Virus record (IMG/VR): IMGVR_UViG_3300045988_183505
Coordinates: 63,428-127,427 of that record
Length of the DNA stretch: 64,000 bases
Source of the DNA: a virus
Strand: one strand, 5' to 3'
Shown one piece after another: positions 35,476-44,735 of this stretch; position 1 is the first letter of the stretch, and each line of letters begins with the position of its first letter. Below the pieces are notes generated by a model that saw only the letters and a program-made list of their open reading frames with translations, was not told the DNA's origin and searched no databases. The position numbers were made by a program, and so were the translations under genes.

Positions 35476-38400
35476 TCACTTCGTCACAGGCAAGGTGTCG
35501 ATGTAACGAACCAAGAACTGCAACAGTGCGGTTGCATCATTGGAATCAATCTTATCATCAGAGAAAGTGTTTGCATTGATTGCAGCCTGTCCCTTCAAAG
35601 TGATAGTGCCGATTACTGCCTTATTGAGCATAACTGCATCTGTAAGATTTACCTTTCCGTCCAAGTTCAAATCGCCATACAGCGTATTCTTCGGAACATC
35701 AGTGCCTGTTGCCGTGGTTGTTGTGCCAGAGCCTGCTCCGCTGTTGTCTGTGGAAGATGCCGTGGTGGTATCTGAACCGTTTCCAGAACCGCTTGTACCT
35801 GTTGTACCAGTGCCAGAACCATTGCCTGTTCCAGCGGTGGTCACACTGCCACTTGTGGTAGTTGCACTGCCATTGCCAGAGGATTGGTCTGTACCTGTTC
35901 CTGTAGCTGTGCTGTCGCTGTCCACAGTGGACGAAGTAACGTCAGTCGTAGAAACAGTCGTCTCTGTTCCAGAGCCGCTTACAGAGGATTCTGAACCGCC
36001 TGTGGCTGTTGTCACGGTGGTGGTTGTCTGCTTCGGAGAAGCATTGATTACCAGCGTACCAGTTACCTTGTCATAGTTATCATCATCGGGAGTATATTCC
36101 CATGTCAGAGTATTGTCGCCTTCGGTCAGCTTCTTTACCTCATCGACTACCCATGAAACAGAACCGCTCGGTGTGTCCTTACCCAGAATCAGGTCAGGCA
36201 GGTCATCTCCAGCTTCGTAGTCCTTGTCCGGAACACTTACTTCAACATTCGGGACTGCCTTTTTCACACGGAATGTCACATTCAGCTCCAGCTGAGAGCC
36301 ATTTCCGGCGGTGATTGTGATTCTTGCCTTTGTCTGTCCCACTTCTGTCGGCGTACCGGAGAGAACACCATCTTCCAATGTGATTCCCTTCGGCAGACCA
36401 GAGCCGGTTTTTGTAGTGCTTGTTGCGACCGGAACTTCCGGAGCAGGCTGATTTTCGGACAGTTCAATAGATTTGATACCGCCCACTTTACCAGCATTGC
36501 CGATATAGCTTCTCAAATCAATATCTTCCATCGGCACATTGTAGGTCAGGTCTACTGCTGCCACACCAGACTTTCCGTTTGCCCATTCCATCATCGGAGT
36601 ATCGCCGTTGTCCATATCGTCAATGTCAACATCTCTGTAGTCGCTGGTAAAAGAACCGATTGTAACATCTGTGACATCGTAGTCGTCATTACCGCCGTCC
36701 AGCTCAACCAGTGCGGTAACAGTATAATCACCTACCGGCAGCAGGACATCATAGTTTCCGTCCTTTACAGCATAGCAAGTGCCGCCGTCCGCATAAGCAT
36801 CAGCCGGAGAAGCATATTTGCTGTCGTAAAAGTATAAGATACCTCGGTTGTCGCCTTGGTCTTCTTTGAACGGCTTATATGCGTTCAGGTCTGTAAAGCT
36901 TTTCAGACGTACCCGAACAAGGTCTGTACCATCTGCCAGCTCATAAGTGCAGTCCGGAAGGAACAGCAGCTTGTCACTTCCACCTTCGGTTGTGACATCT
37001 ACGACCGGAGCATCTTTGCAATCACGCTTTTCTTCTGAAAGAACCTCGTAGTTGCCATCGCCGTCCAGATAATCCGTAGACACTTCACGAATATCCTGCA
37101 AGCCAGAATAAGACAGCAGCTTGTAGTCAGCATCGTGTGTAACAAACGCCATCTTACCGCCGACAAATTCAACAAAATAGTCGTTGCTTTCGCCATCGAA
37201 CATTTTCTTCGCTGTATCAGCTCCATATGTTCCGGTAGCATCAACTGTCAGGTCTCCAGAATCGACATTGCTGATAATCGGATATTTGTAGTCTTCCTTT
37301 GCAGTGTACAGTTCCTGCAAGCCGGTGATATAATCGCCGTTTCCCTTTGCCTTAGAAGAATCCATTTCAGAAGCAGGTGTACGGCTTGCCAGTTTATCTG
37401 TGATTGCATAGAAATTGTCAACCACATCAATCTTACCGGTATCATCACTTACCAGCTTGTCAATATCTGTAGACCGAATGATGTTGCCGTACTCTGTCTG
37501 ATTATCCGTAACAGGATTTGTCAGTCCCAGCTCACGATAATAATTATCGTAGCCAAATAAAGATACGATGTCATAAATCATTCCGGATTCATGCTGCGTA
37601 CTCGGATTCAGCTTGCTGTCAATGATACTGGACATAACAGCACCAGCAATCAAATATCCAGAGGAATCAAAAATCTGCGGCGAATGGTTCGCCGAGTAAA
37701 CCTCGCCTTCGGTTTCACCATCCATATATTCCGACTTCATCGTAAAATCCGCATTGTAATAAGTCCCCTTCGGGAGAGCGATTGCATAACCACCCTTTAC
37801 CGTATACGATGTTCCGGTAGTCGGCAAAATCTGTGTAAGTGTCATATCCTTCATCTTCGGAGAAGCATATGCCAGATTGAAGTCGTTTTCTGTCACACTT
37901 GTAACATTGCCGTTGCTGTCCGCAACATACTTGTAAAAGGTTCTGTCCCCGATTGCATGGGGCATACCCGACAGGTCAAACATATCCAGCAAAAGGCTTT
38001 TGCCGTTGATAACCGTTACAGGCTTGCCCTTATACATCTTGATGCGACAATTGGTACTCGTAGTGAAATACCCAGTCAGCTCTCTGCCTTCTTCTCCGGT
38101 AATCGCATAGAACTCATTGGTTGCAGTGCTGTCCGTGATTCCGGAAACATCGACCGGAATAATGCAGGAAGTATCAACTGTTGTCACCTGCGGTGAGTAA
38201 TTGCCGTTCTGCTTTACGATTCTTATGCTAATCAAGGGGCTGCCAACTGCTGTGCCGCCATGTGGTTCAGCATAAACCACACTGTAGCCTGCGTTGTACA
38301 TCTCGCCGAGAACCGAATTGCAGATAAGACGATTTGTAACTACCGCCTTGTACTTCTTGAAGTCTCCAGTCGTGACGAGAGAAAAGCCGATGCTCTTGGT

Positions 38401-38664
38401 GTTACCGGCTACATTCGTATCACTGTAGGAATACTTCTCCAGATTGTTGGCAAACGCCGTGTTGGGCAGTACCAGATTGATTTCCGTATCACTGAACGTA
38501 TACACGGTTTCGCTCAGCTTCTGTGTCTGCTTCTGCGAAATGTTTGTGCCTGTCACTGCACTGTTTACTGCACTCGCTGAAAGACTAGCAGTTCCAGTTG
38601 CCATACAAGCCACGGCGGTCAGTAAAGCCACATATGACTTTACCTTTCTGTGATTTGTCTTCAT
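35476..38664 (-). CDS. large secreted protein with an Ig-like repeat, a Thr/Ser/Gly linker and a C-terminal type-I dockerin
   Basis: Signal peptide after the ATG at 38664. He_PIG-like GITLEDGVLSGTPTEVG. Long TS/G-rich linker. C-terminus GDLNLDGKVNLTDAVMLNKAV ... DDKIDSNDATALLQFLV gives two dockerin Ca-binding repeats. Confidence 0.85.
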   Translation of the reverse strand: MKTNHRKVKSYVALLTAVACMATGTASLSASAVNSAVTGTNISQKQTQKLSETVYTFSDTEINLVLPNTAFANNLEKYSYSDTNVAGNTKSIGFSLVTTGDFKKYKAVVTNRLICNSVLGEMYNAGYSVVYAEPHGGTAVGSPLISIRIVKQNGNYSPQVTTVDTSCIIPVDVSGITDSTATNEFYAITGEEGRELTGYFTTSTNCRIKMYKGKPVTVINGKSLLLDMFDLSGMPHAIGDRTFYKYVADSNGNVTSVTENDFNLAYASPKMKDMTLTQILPTTGTSYTVKGGYAIALPKGTYYNADFTMKSEYMDGETEGEVYSANHSPQIFDSSGYLIAGAVMSSIIDSKLNPSTQHESGMIYDIVSLFGYDNYYRELGLTNPVTDNQTEYGNIIRSTDIDKLVSDDTGKIDVVDNFYAITDKLASRTPASEMDSSKAKGNGDYITGLQELYTAKEDYKYPIISNVDSGDLTVDATGTYGADTAKKMFDGESNDYFVEFVGGKMAFVTHDADYKLLSYSGLQDIREVSTDYLDGDGNYEVLSEEKRDCKDAPVVDVTTEGGSDKLLFLPDCTYELADGTDLVRVRLKSFTDLNAYKPFKEDQGDNRGILYFYDSKYASPADAYADGGTCYAVKDGNYDVLLPVGDYTVTALVELDGGNDDYDVTDVTIGSFTSDYRDVDIDDMDNGDTPMMEWANGKSGVAAVDLTYNVPMEDIDLRSYIGNAGKVGGIKSIELSENQPAPEVPVATSTTKTGSGLPKGITLEDGVLSGTPTEVGQTKARITITAGNGSQLELNVTFRVKKAVPNVEVSVPDKDYEAGDDLPDLILGKDTPSGSVSWVVDEVKKLTEGDNTLTWEYTPDDDNYDKVTGTLVINASPKQTTTTVTTATGGSESSVSGSGTETTVSTTDVTSSTVDSDSTATGTGTDQSSGNGSATTTSGSVTTAGTGNGSGTGTTGTSGSGNGSDTTTASSTDNSGAGSGTTTTATGTDVPKNTLYGDLNLDGKVNLTDAVMLNKAVIGTITLKGQAAINANTFSDDKIDSNDATALLQFLVRYIDTLPVTK

Positions 38665-38721
38665 TGGACATAATCTCCTTTGCAAAAAAGATTTTAGGCT
38701 TTATTCAGCCATTATTTGATT

Positions 38722-38769
38722 GGAACGCTGTGGAATTGAACCACTTTGAGGCAGCTACCCTCGCATTCC
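38722..38769 (-). ncRNA. 48-nt tRNA-like minihelix (acceptor + T-arm + one hairpin) in the leader of the dockerin gene
   Basis: Minus strand reads GGAATGC | GAGG-GTAGCTG-CCTC | AAA | GTGG-TTCAATT-CCAC | A | GCGTTCC. The T-loop TTCAATT is canonical. There is no D arm and no CCA. Confidence 0.3.
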
Positions 38770-38792
38770 GTCCTTCAAAGGAGATGTTTTCC

Positions 38793-39047
38793 TTAAAGAA
38801 TCACCGGCTGTTCCATCTGCTCCATCGTTTGTATCAAATGATTTCTTCCGTAGTGTTCTACACATTCTCTGCAAATATTATACTTGCCGAGAATCTTTAT
38901 CCAGCCTCGCTCTTTTGCAGAAATTTCCATATCTTGTCTGCTTGAACAATCTGGCATTCGAGTACCACAAGTGATAAGATAAGTTCCGCAGCTATCACAG
39001 TACAATGTTGTTTGGCACTGAAATCCCATAAACTTCACCTCACTCAT
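38793..39047 (-). CDS. small zinc-ribbon protein
   Basis: 84 aa with CDSCG ... CREC. Confidence 0.55.
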   Translation of the reverse strand: MSEVKFMGFQCQTTLYCDSCGTYLITCGTRMPDCSSRQDMEISAKERGWIKILGKYNICRECVEHYGRNHLIQTMEQMEQPVIL

Positions 39048-39060
39048 TTTTGCTGTTTTT

Positions 39061-39069
39061 ATTATAACA
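39061..39069 (-). promoter_or_regulatory. extended -10 promoter element
   Basis: Minus strand reads TGTTATAAT (TGnTATAAT), ~14 nt upstream of the start at 39047, which leaves little room for a leader. No good -35. Confidence 0.4.
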
Positions 39070-39126
39070 AGTCCAAATAAAACAAAATGTATATCCGTCC
39101 ATTCATCAAAATATTTCCGAAAAAAA

Positions 39127-39160
39127 GAAAACAGCCTATGCTTTTTCTACGCACAGACTG
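39127..39160 (-). terminator. Rho-independent terminator after the LRR-dockerin gene
   Basis: Minus-strand RNA reads CAGUCUGUGC-loop-GCAUAGGCUG + UUUUC. Two G.U pairs make it minus-strand specific. Confidence 0.7.
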
Positions 39161-39192
39161 ATTTCTTTGAAGTTATTTTAATTTATGGCTGT

Positions 39193-41307
39193 TTATTCTG
39201 TCACCGGCAAAGAAGTGATTGTGTGAACCAAGAACCGCAGCAATGTTGTTGCATCGTTGCCATCAAGATTACCGTCTGCATAGCACTCCGCATTATCCTT
39301 TGCCTGCTCATTCAACACAACAGAGCCTGCGATTGACTTGTTCAGCAGAACAGCATCAGAGATGTCCACTCTGCCGTCCAGCGTAACATCGCCCAGCAGA
39401 ATTGTACCACTGCTGCCCTGTGTGGTTACTGTAGTGGTGGTTGTGGAAGAACCCTGTCCTGTGGTGCTGGTGGTCGTTGTGCCACCGTCCAGAGCAACGA
39501 ACGGAATGTTGTTCGCAGTAGCATATGCTTCTACAGTAGAACCTGTATAACCATACAGTGTCAGGTTATCGCAACTACCAAATGCTTTGTTCTCAATCAT
39601 AATATCTGTTCTGGTAATCTTAGCTTCTCGCAATCCGGTATTCACAAATGCGTATTTTCCAATGAATGTAACATTAGAAAAATCAAAAGATTCCAGCTGT
39701 CGGCAGCTGGAAAACTGACCGCCGTTCAATCTGAGTTCTCCGTCTCCATAGGTCTTTACAGTTGTGAGATTGTACATACTTGTAAATTCTATATTTGCAG
39801 AACAGTTTACGCCCTTTTTCCCAAGCTCGAACGGTCGTTCTGTGTTGTTCATGTACAGCTCCAATGTTGAAGAAATTTTATTTCCATCTTCATCAGAAGT
39901 TGCTGTCATAATATCATCAAAAGCACCTTCATACCATTGGCTATCGTCATATACACCCAGCTTCAAGGATTCCAGTTCGGCACAATTCTTGAAAGCTTCG
40001 TTGTCAAAAAGGTGTGCAGAAGTTAAGTCCAAGCTTTTCAATTTATAGCAATTCACGAAAGCTTCTCTGCCGAAGCCAAGAGCGTTGCCAACATTGACCT
40101 TCGTCAGGTTTTCACAATAAGAGAAGTTTCCGTCACTATAATACAGCTCACCATTTCCGACTACTTCAAAAGTGTTCAGCAATCTATCTTCACGTTCAAA
40201 GTCATCAGGGAGAACATAAGCGTCCTCATTGTTGGTGTAAATCGTCATCGAATACGGCTTGACGTTTCCTTCACTTTTTTGTCTTCGTCCAAACGCATAT
40301 TCTCCTATTTCCAGCTTATCGTTCAGGGCAATTTGAATATCGTTTGCACTTGTGCAGCCAAGAAAAGCAGCATCGCCAATGTACCGCAGATTTTTGTTCT
40401 TCAACTGAATCTCTGACAGCTGTGTACAGCCTTCAAACGCATCATCAGCAACAACAACAACATGAGAGAAGTCAAAATTTCTCAGCATAGTGTTGTTCCG
40501 AAACGCCATGTTTCCGATGCCGACTTCTCCGTCACCTTCAAAGCGTACTTCACGGATTCTGTTGCTGTCATAAAATCCACTTGAAATTGTCATCATGTTG
40601 CTTTTATTCATGTTGAGTTGGAAGGTCAAAACGAATGCCGTTCCAGCAAACGAATCCCCTTCGCCAAAAATATGCTGACCTATGCCGTTAAGCTGTGCTG
40701 CTTCACAGTTTTTATCAGTAATACTGATTGTGACATCTTCCAGAGAAGAACAGCCACTGAACGCTTCGCTGCCAACACACCCCAGTTTCGTATTTGTCAG
40801 ATTTACAGTCGTCAGCTTTTCACAGCCCATAAATGCGTAATCTAACATATCTACGATTTTCTCAAAAGCCACAGTTTTCAAGCGAGAACAGCCGTGAAAT
40901 GCGTCCTTGTAGAGTACCATTTCTTCATTTTCAAAGTCTACGGACTTCAAATTAGTGCAGTTCGCAAATGCGGCTTCGCCAATAAATTTCACATCTTCTG
41001 CCAGCGTCAGACTGACGTTTTCCAGTTCACGGAATGCTTCTGTAGTGCCAGTCACAGTATAATTACCGTCACCATTATCTTCAAACGTAAAGTAATCTGT
41101 CTGACTGGTATCACACTGTACCTCTATAGGAACATTTGTAGTGGCTTCTACAAGCACAGGTGCTGTATCAGATACAGTAGTGTCACCGTCTGTTACAACA
41201 ACATCACTTGCAGTAAGGTCTACCGCCCACGCAGTCATCGGCAACGCCTGTACACACATGACACCAGCCAACAGTAAACCTGCTGCCGTTCGTTTCAACT
41301 TCTTCAT
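39193..41307 (-). CDS. BspA-type leucine-rich-repeat surface protein with a C-terminal type-I dockerin
   Basis: Signal peptide. Many repeats of the form IGxxAFxxCxxLxxV. Thr-rich linker. C-terminus GDVTLDGRVDISDAVLLNKSI ... ADGNLDGNDATTLLRFLV. The ATG at 41307 lies 9 nt after AAAGGA. Confidence 0.85.
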   Translation of the reverse strand: MKKLKRTAAGLLLAGVMCVQALPMTAWAVDLTASDVVVTDGDTTVSDTAPVLVEATTNVPIEVQCDTSQTDYFTFEDNGDGNYTVTGTTEAFRELENVSLTLAEDVKFIGEAAFANCTNLKSVDFENEEMVLYKDAFHGCSRLKTVAFEKIVDMLDYAFMGCEKLTTVNLTNTKLGCVGSEAFSGCSSLEDVTISITDKNCEAAQLNGIGQHIFGEGDSFAGTAFVLTFQLNMNKSNMMTISSGFYDSNRIREVRFEGDGEVGIGNMAFRNNTMLRNFDFSHVVVVADDAFEGCTQLSEIQLKNKNLRYIGDAAFLGCTSANDIQIALNDKLEIGEYAFGRRQKSEGNVKPYSMTIYTNNEDAYVLPDDFEREDRLLNTFEVVGNGELYYSDGNFSYCENLTKVNVGNALGFGREAFVNCYKLKSLDLTSAHLFDNEAFKNCAELESLKLGVYDDSQWYEGAFDDIMTATSDEDGNKISSTLELYMNNTERPFELGKKGVNCSANIEFTSMYNLTTVKTYGDGELRLNGGQFSSCRQLESFDFSNVTFIGKYAFVNTGLREAKITRTDIMIENKAFGSCDNLTLYGYTGSTVEAYATANNIPFVALDGGTTTTSTTGQGSSTTTTTVTTQGSSGTILLGDVTLDGRVDISDAVLLNKSIAGSVVLNEQAKDNAECYADGNLDGNDATTLLRFLVHTITSLPVTE

Positions 41308-41347
41308 GTCATCTTGTCCTTTCAAAGTATCTATCTAATTTGTTTTT

Positions 41348-41380
41348 ATAAAAGCTGGAGAATGGTGCATCATTTCCAGC
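41348..41380 (-). terminator. bidirectional hairpin terminator
   Basis: GCTGGAGAATG-gtgcat-CATTTCCAGC flanked by an A-run and a T-run. Confidence 0.6.
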
Positions 41381-41433
41381 GTTTTACCTCAGTTGATTTG
41401 TCAGTAAATATACTGACTTTTCACTGTTTTCTG

Positions 41434-41571
41434 TTACTTATTTTTGATGTCAATGCGAACACTCACATCTGCCTTTGGCTTGTAGACAATTACGCCGTCC
41501 TTTTCCAAGCGTTCAGTTTCGCCAGCCTTTACAGCTTCGATTGCTTTCATGAGCCAAACCATGTCAATCAT
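41434..41571 (-). CDS. small hypothetical protein (45 aa)
   Basis: ATGA start/stop overlap with the upstream gene. Sequence MIDMVWLMKAIEAVKAGETERLEKDGVIVYKPKADVSVRIDIKNK. Below the ORF-track cutoff. Confidence 0.45.
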   Translation of the reverse strand: MIDMVWLMKAIEAVKAGETERLEKDGVIVYKPKADVSVRIDIKNK

Positions 41572-42206
41572 ACTCCGCACTTCCTTTCCAAATAGATTGA
41601 TTGAATTTCTACGCCTTTTTCCAGCCTCGGCAGCAGGACGTTTCTCACTTCCTGCACAGCTTCTCTTGCCAGCTTTTCAGCTTCTTCCTTTCGTGAGAGT
41701 GTGTCCGTATGTTTTCCCAGCTTGCTGACAGGAAACGGAATAAGTTCTCCATTCGCCAGCTGCACATTGACAAAGAAAATGTACTGAATCGCCACGCTGT
41801 CGAAAATCATACCTTCCTGAATCTGTTCCTCAAAAGAAAGTGTTTCTCTCCAAGGAAACGATTTTACAAGGCGATATACGCCATGTTTCCAATACGATTT
41901 CGGACTGTACGGTTCAAACATGAAAATGCTTTCGCTTTTCAGCCGATGCAATTCTGCCCGAACTTTCTTCGGATTCAGACTGCTTCGAGCAGATGCGATT
42001 TTCTTGACGGTTTTGTCATCTGCATCGTCTATCAGATAAATCGTGCCGTCTTCATTTCTGGAACAATTCCGGAAAATTTCTGCTGTTACCTGAAAGCAAA
42101 ACTTGCCGTCACAGCTGTCGTGCATGGCTTCTGTAATATCCAGATAACCGCCGTCCTTCATGGCAACATACTTTCCTTCAAACCAGTTTGATGATTTCTT
42201 TTTCAT
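41568..42206 (-). CDS. hypothetical protein
   Basis: 212-aa ORF in the array. Confidence 0.6.
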   Translation of the reverse strand: MKKKSSNWFEGKYVAMKDGGYLDITEAMHDSCDGKFCFQVTAEIFRNCSRNEDGTIYLIDDADDKTVKKIASARSSLNPKKVRAELHRLKSESIFMFEPYSPKSYWKHGVYRLVKSFPWRETLSFEEQIQEGMIFDSVAIQYIFFVNVQLANGELIPFPVSKLGKHTDTLSRKEEAEKLAREAVQEVRNVLLPRLEKGVEIQSIYLERKCGV

Positions 42207-42274
42207 GCTTAACCTCTTATTTGTGTGCTTGTGGGATTTGCGAATGATTGGAGCAGTCAGACAATGTAACGTCC

Positions 42275-42330
42275 TTTGGAATTTTCATGATATAAGATAT
42301 ATAGCAAATCAATTGAACAATATGATAACT
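42275..42330 (-). promoter_or_regulatory. degenerate class-2 cassette (copy G)
   Basis: Minus strand reads TTTGCTATATATCTTATATCATGAAAAT. It resembles copies C and F, but the palindrome is shortened by ~6 nt. Confidence 0.35.
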
Positions 42331-42408
42331 CTTTGCGAACAGCAAAAACCCCTTGTAAGTTATCATTTTGCCGTTGATTATTCGCTCGTCCGCAGGAAAT
42401 GCCACGTT

Positions 42409-42867
42409 TTATTTTGCGGAATACAGCTTATGCTTGTCCGAAAAATTCATGAGCCATTCATGAGCCATTTTTTCTGCTTCATCAAACGTGTTGCCTGTTA
42501 CTTTAAGGAAAATTGCTCGCTTGTGAAGTAGTGTACTCAGCAGAACATTATCTCTGTCTGCATCGTTGCTGACAGTATACCACTGTCCGGATTTACCGAA
42601 ATACACAATGTATTCTCGCTTTTCCACTCCGTTATCAGAAGTTGTTTCCACAGAAAGAATGTCGTTCTCAAAGATTGGATTGTCGCTCCGGTCTTGAAAT
42701 CCGGTATACTGGCTCACGGTTTCTCCGCAAACCACATAATCGGTGTCGTCCTTGCCACGAATGAAGTGCTGTACAGACTTTCCGGTTAAAAAGTTCTCCT
42801 TGTAATAGTAGCCTTCTACCCATTTTCTGTTGCTTTCTCGCTTTGCCTTAAATAAAATCTCTCTCAT
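42409..42867 (-). CDS. YopX-family phage protein (paralog 1 of 3)
   Basis: MREILFKAKRESNRKWVEGYYY... N-terminus, shared with 44310-44717 and 44736-45140. Confidence 0.7.
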   Translation of the reverse strand: MREILFKAKRESNRKWVEGYYYKENFLTGKSVQHFIRGKDDTDYVVCGETVSQYTGFQDRSDNPIFENDILSVETTSDNGVEKREYIVYFGKSGQWYTVSNDADRDNVLLSTLLHKRAIFLKVTGNTFDEAEKMAHEWLMNFSDKHKLYSAK

Positions 42868-42902
42868 GACAGGTCAGCTCCTTTGGTTTCTTATTGCCTT
42901 TA

Positions 42903-42981
42903 CCTTACATATACTATTTTATCATATCCGCTGTAAGATATATTGTGCTTTGCATTTCGGAAATGAAAACAATCTGTAAAT
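42903..42981 (-). promoter_or_regulatory. class-2 promoter/operator cassette (copy C)
   Basis: Minus strand reads TTTACAG ... CACAATATATCTTACAGCGGATA-TGATAAAAT ... TATGTAAGG. Confidence 0.6.
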
Positions 42982-43424
42982 CACAATTCTTTGCCTGTTT
43001 CATTGCTGATAATCACAATCACCTTTGGATTATCACTATACCATTTTTCTACGGAAAGAGAGGTGATTTGCTTGTCGTCCGGATAAGCGATACCATTCAG
43101 ACCATCACAAATGATTTTTGCAATATTGTCTGCATCGCACTTCTTCAACGGACGGATTTTCCCTTGCAGCATTGCTTCACGTTTCACCCTGCTTGTTGAT
43201 TTGGGGATTCCAAAATGGGCAATGATTTCTACACGGATTGCATCACTCTCAGAGAACCGGAAGCCACGGCTGACCGCCTTGTAGCACCAACCAACTTGTG
43301 TTTCATAGTCCTTGGTTTCTGTCGGCGTGTAAGTGCTACCTTTACCGAATCTCGGTCTGCCTTTCCCCTTTGGTTCACCATCAATCTTAAATGAGATTTT
43401 TGTAATGAAAATACCTTCTTTCAT
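42981..43424 (-). CDS. rusA: RusA-family Holliday-junction resolvase
   Basis: PKGKGRPRF..TYTP..T..YE and CDADNIAKIICDGLNGIAYPDDKQI, the RusA catalytic Asp cluster. Confidence 0.85.
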   Translation of the reverse strand: MKEGIFITKISFKIDGEPKGKGRPRFGKGSTYTPTETKDYETQVGWCYKAVSRGFRFSESDAIRVEIIAHFGIPKSTSRVKREAMLQGKIRPLKKCDADNIAKIICDGLNGIAYPDDKQITSLSVEKWYSDNPKVIVIISNETGKEL

Positions 43425-43441
43425 TAAGAATTTTCAGAAAT

Positions 43442-43476
43442 AAAAAAACAGAATGTATTTTTCAACATTCTGTTTT
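43442..43476 (-). terminator. bidirectional Rho-independent terminator
   Basis: CAGAATGT-atttttca-ACATTCTG flanked by A7 and T4. Confidence 0.7.
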
Positions 43477-43534
43477 GAGGGGAGATGCAGTGAAGCCACT
43501 GCATTTTTATTATATCTCGCCTGACGTAGATGCG

Positions 43535-44188
43535 TCAAACGCTTCTTCGCTGCCTTGAAAAAGCGGAACGTTCAAATCCGTATTGGCAGTATGTACAAGT
43601 GAACTGCAAGAACAACTCTCGCAGCAGTGAAGCCGGAGTATCTGCAAAACCTTTTTCACGGCTCATTTTGTAAAGCGTTCTGGACAGTTCAAACAAATCG
43701 CAAGAAGCTTCTGTATCTCCCAGAATCTTTTTTGCCCAAGAAATTTTATTTCCTTCATGTCCTCTGAATGGTTCACACCATTTCAAATAAAACTCTCTGT
43801 CATCAATATTCTTTGTGGCGTGGTTATAAATGCTCACCATTCTATTGTATGCCTCGAAGCATAGCTGACTTACCAGAGCGTTCCAGTTATTGTAACTGAT
43901 AGTTTCTGTGCATTGACGCATCAGCTTATAGATGAAATCGTCCTTCGGGTTCTGAGCTGGAGCAGACTGTTCCTGATTCTTCTGATAAGAGCAGGAATCA
44001 TCGCTGGCATTCTCAAATGCCATGACCAGTTTCAGGTCGTTGCCGTCTTTCCGGTAAAATCCTGCACTGATACCCTCACAGTCCAGATAGAGCAACGGTT
44101 CACACTTAAAGCCCTTACCGTTCAGAGATTTTCTCTGATACCACTTACCACTCTCCAGCTTCACCTTGCTTGTTACTTTACAAATCAT
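43535..44188 (-). CDS. hypothetical protein
   Basis: The ATG at 44188 (MICKVTSK) follows AAAGAGG. The ORF track starts at 44266. Confidence 0.55.
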   Translation of the reverse strand: MICKVTSKVKLESGKWYQRKSLNGKGFKCEPLLYLDCEGISAGFYRKDGNDLKLVMAFENASDDSCSYQKNQEQSAPAQNPKDDFIYKLMRQCTETISYNNWNALVSQLCFEAYNRMVSIYNHATKNIDDREFYLKWCEPFRGHEGNKISWAKKILGDTEASCDLFELSRTLYKMSREKGFADTPASLLRELFLQFTCTYCQYGFERSAFSRQRRSV

Positions 44189-44309
44189 ACTGTACCTCTT
44201 TCTGCTTGTTTTGCTTCGTGATAGCTTATTGCCAAAGTTTATGCTTTTGCAGGCTGCTGCAAGCATTGGACACCACCTCTTTCAGCCTGCTGTACCTGTT
44301 GTGAAGTTT

Positions 44310-44717
44310 TTATCCTAACAATTCTGGATTATCCACAATATTTCCAAGGACTTCTACATCTTCTCCATTTATATTTGACATGAAGTCAACCACGAATGTC
44401 GATGCCTTCACGACAAAACCACCGTTCTCATATGTTATGACACCTCGTTCTTCATTTTCGGTCAATATATCTACGATGTCGCCTTCAAAAATTTTCTTTC
44501 CGGTTTCGTCAAGTACACCTGTAAACTGCTGTACAGTCTTTGAAATGACCGGATAAGCTATGCAGCTTCCGGTTTCTTTTTCTTCATCATACGATGATAC
44601 GAAAATATGAGGCTCTAAAAAGCCACTAAACTGGTTAGGATATTTGCAGAAATATCCTTCAACCCATTCTCCTGTATCAGCTCTTTTGCCTCTGAATAAA
44701 ATGGCATCAATTTTCAT
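44310..44717 (-). CDS. YopX-family phage protein (paralog 2)
   Basis: MKIDAILFRGKRADTGEWVEGYF... Confidence 0.7.
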   Translation of the reverse strand: MKIDAILFRGKRADTGEWVEGYFCKYPNQFSGFLEPHIFVSSYDEEKETGSCIAYPVISKTVQQFTGVLDETGKKIFEGDIVDILTENEERGVITYENGGFVVKASTFVVDFMSNINGEDVEVLGNIVDNPELLG

Positions 44718-44735
44718 AAATCGTGTTACACTCCT

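Noticed and set aside
35700-36030. Repetitive GT/AC-rich DNA considered as a tandem repeat or CRISPR-like array
   Set aside because: It encodes the Thr/Ser/Gly linker of the dockerin protein. It is low-complexity coding sequence with no repeat-spacer periodicity.
42217-42405. ORF 42217-42405(-), 62 aa, GTG start
   Set aside because: No RBS. The segment contains a degenerate class-2 promoter cassette and is more likely the leader of gene 41568-42206.
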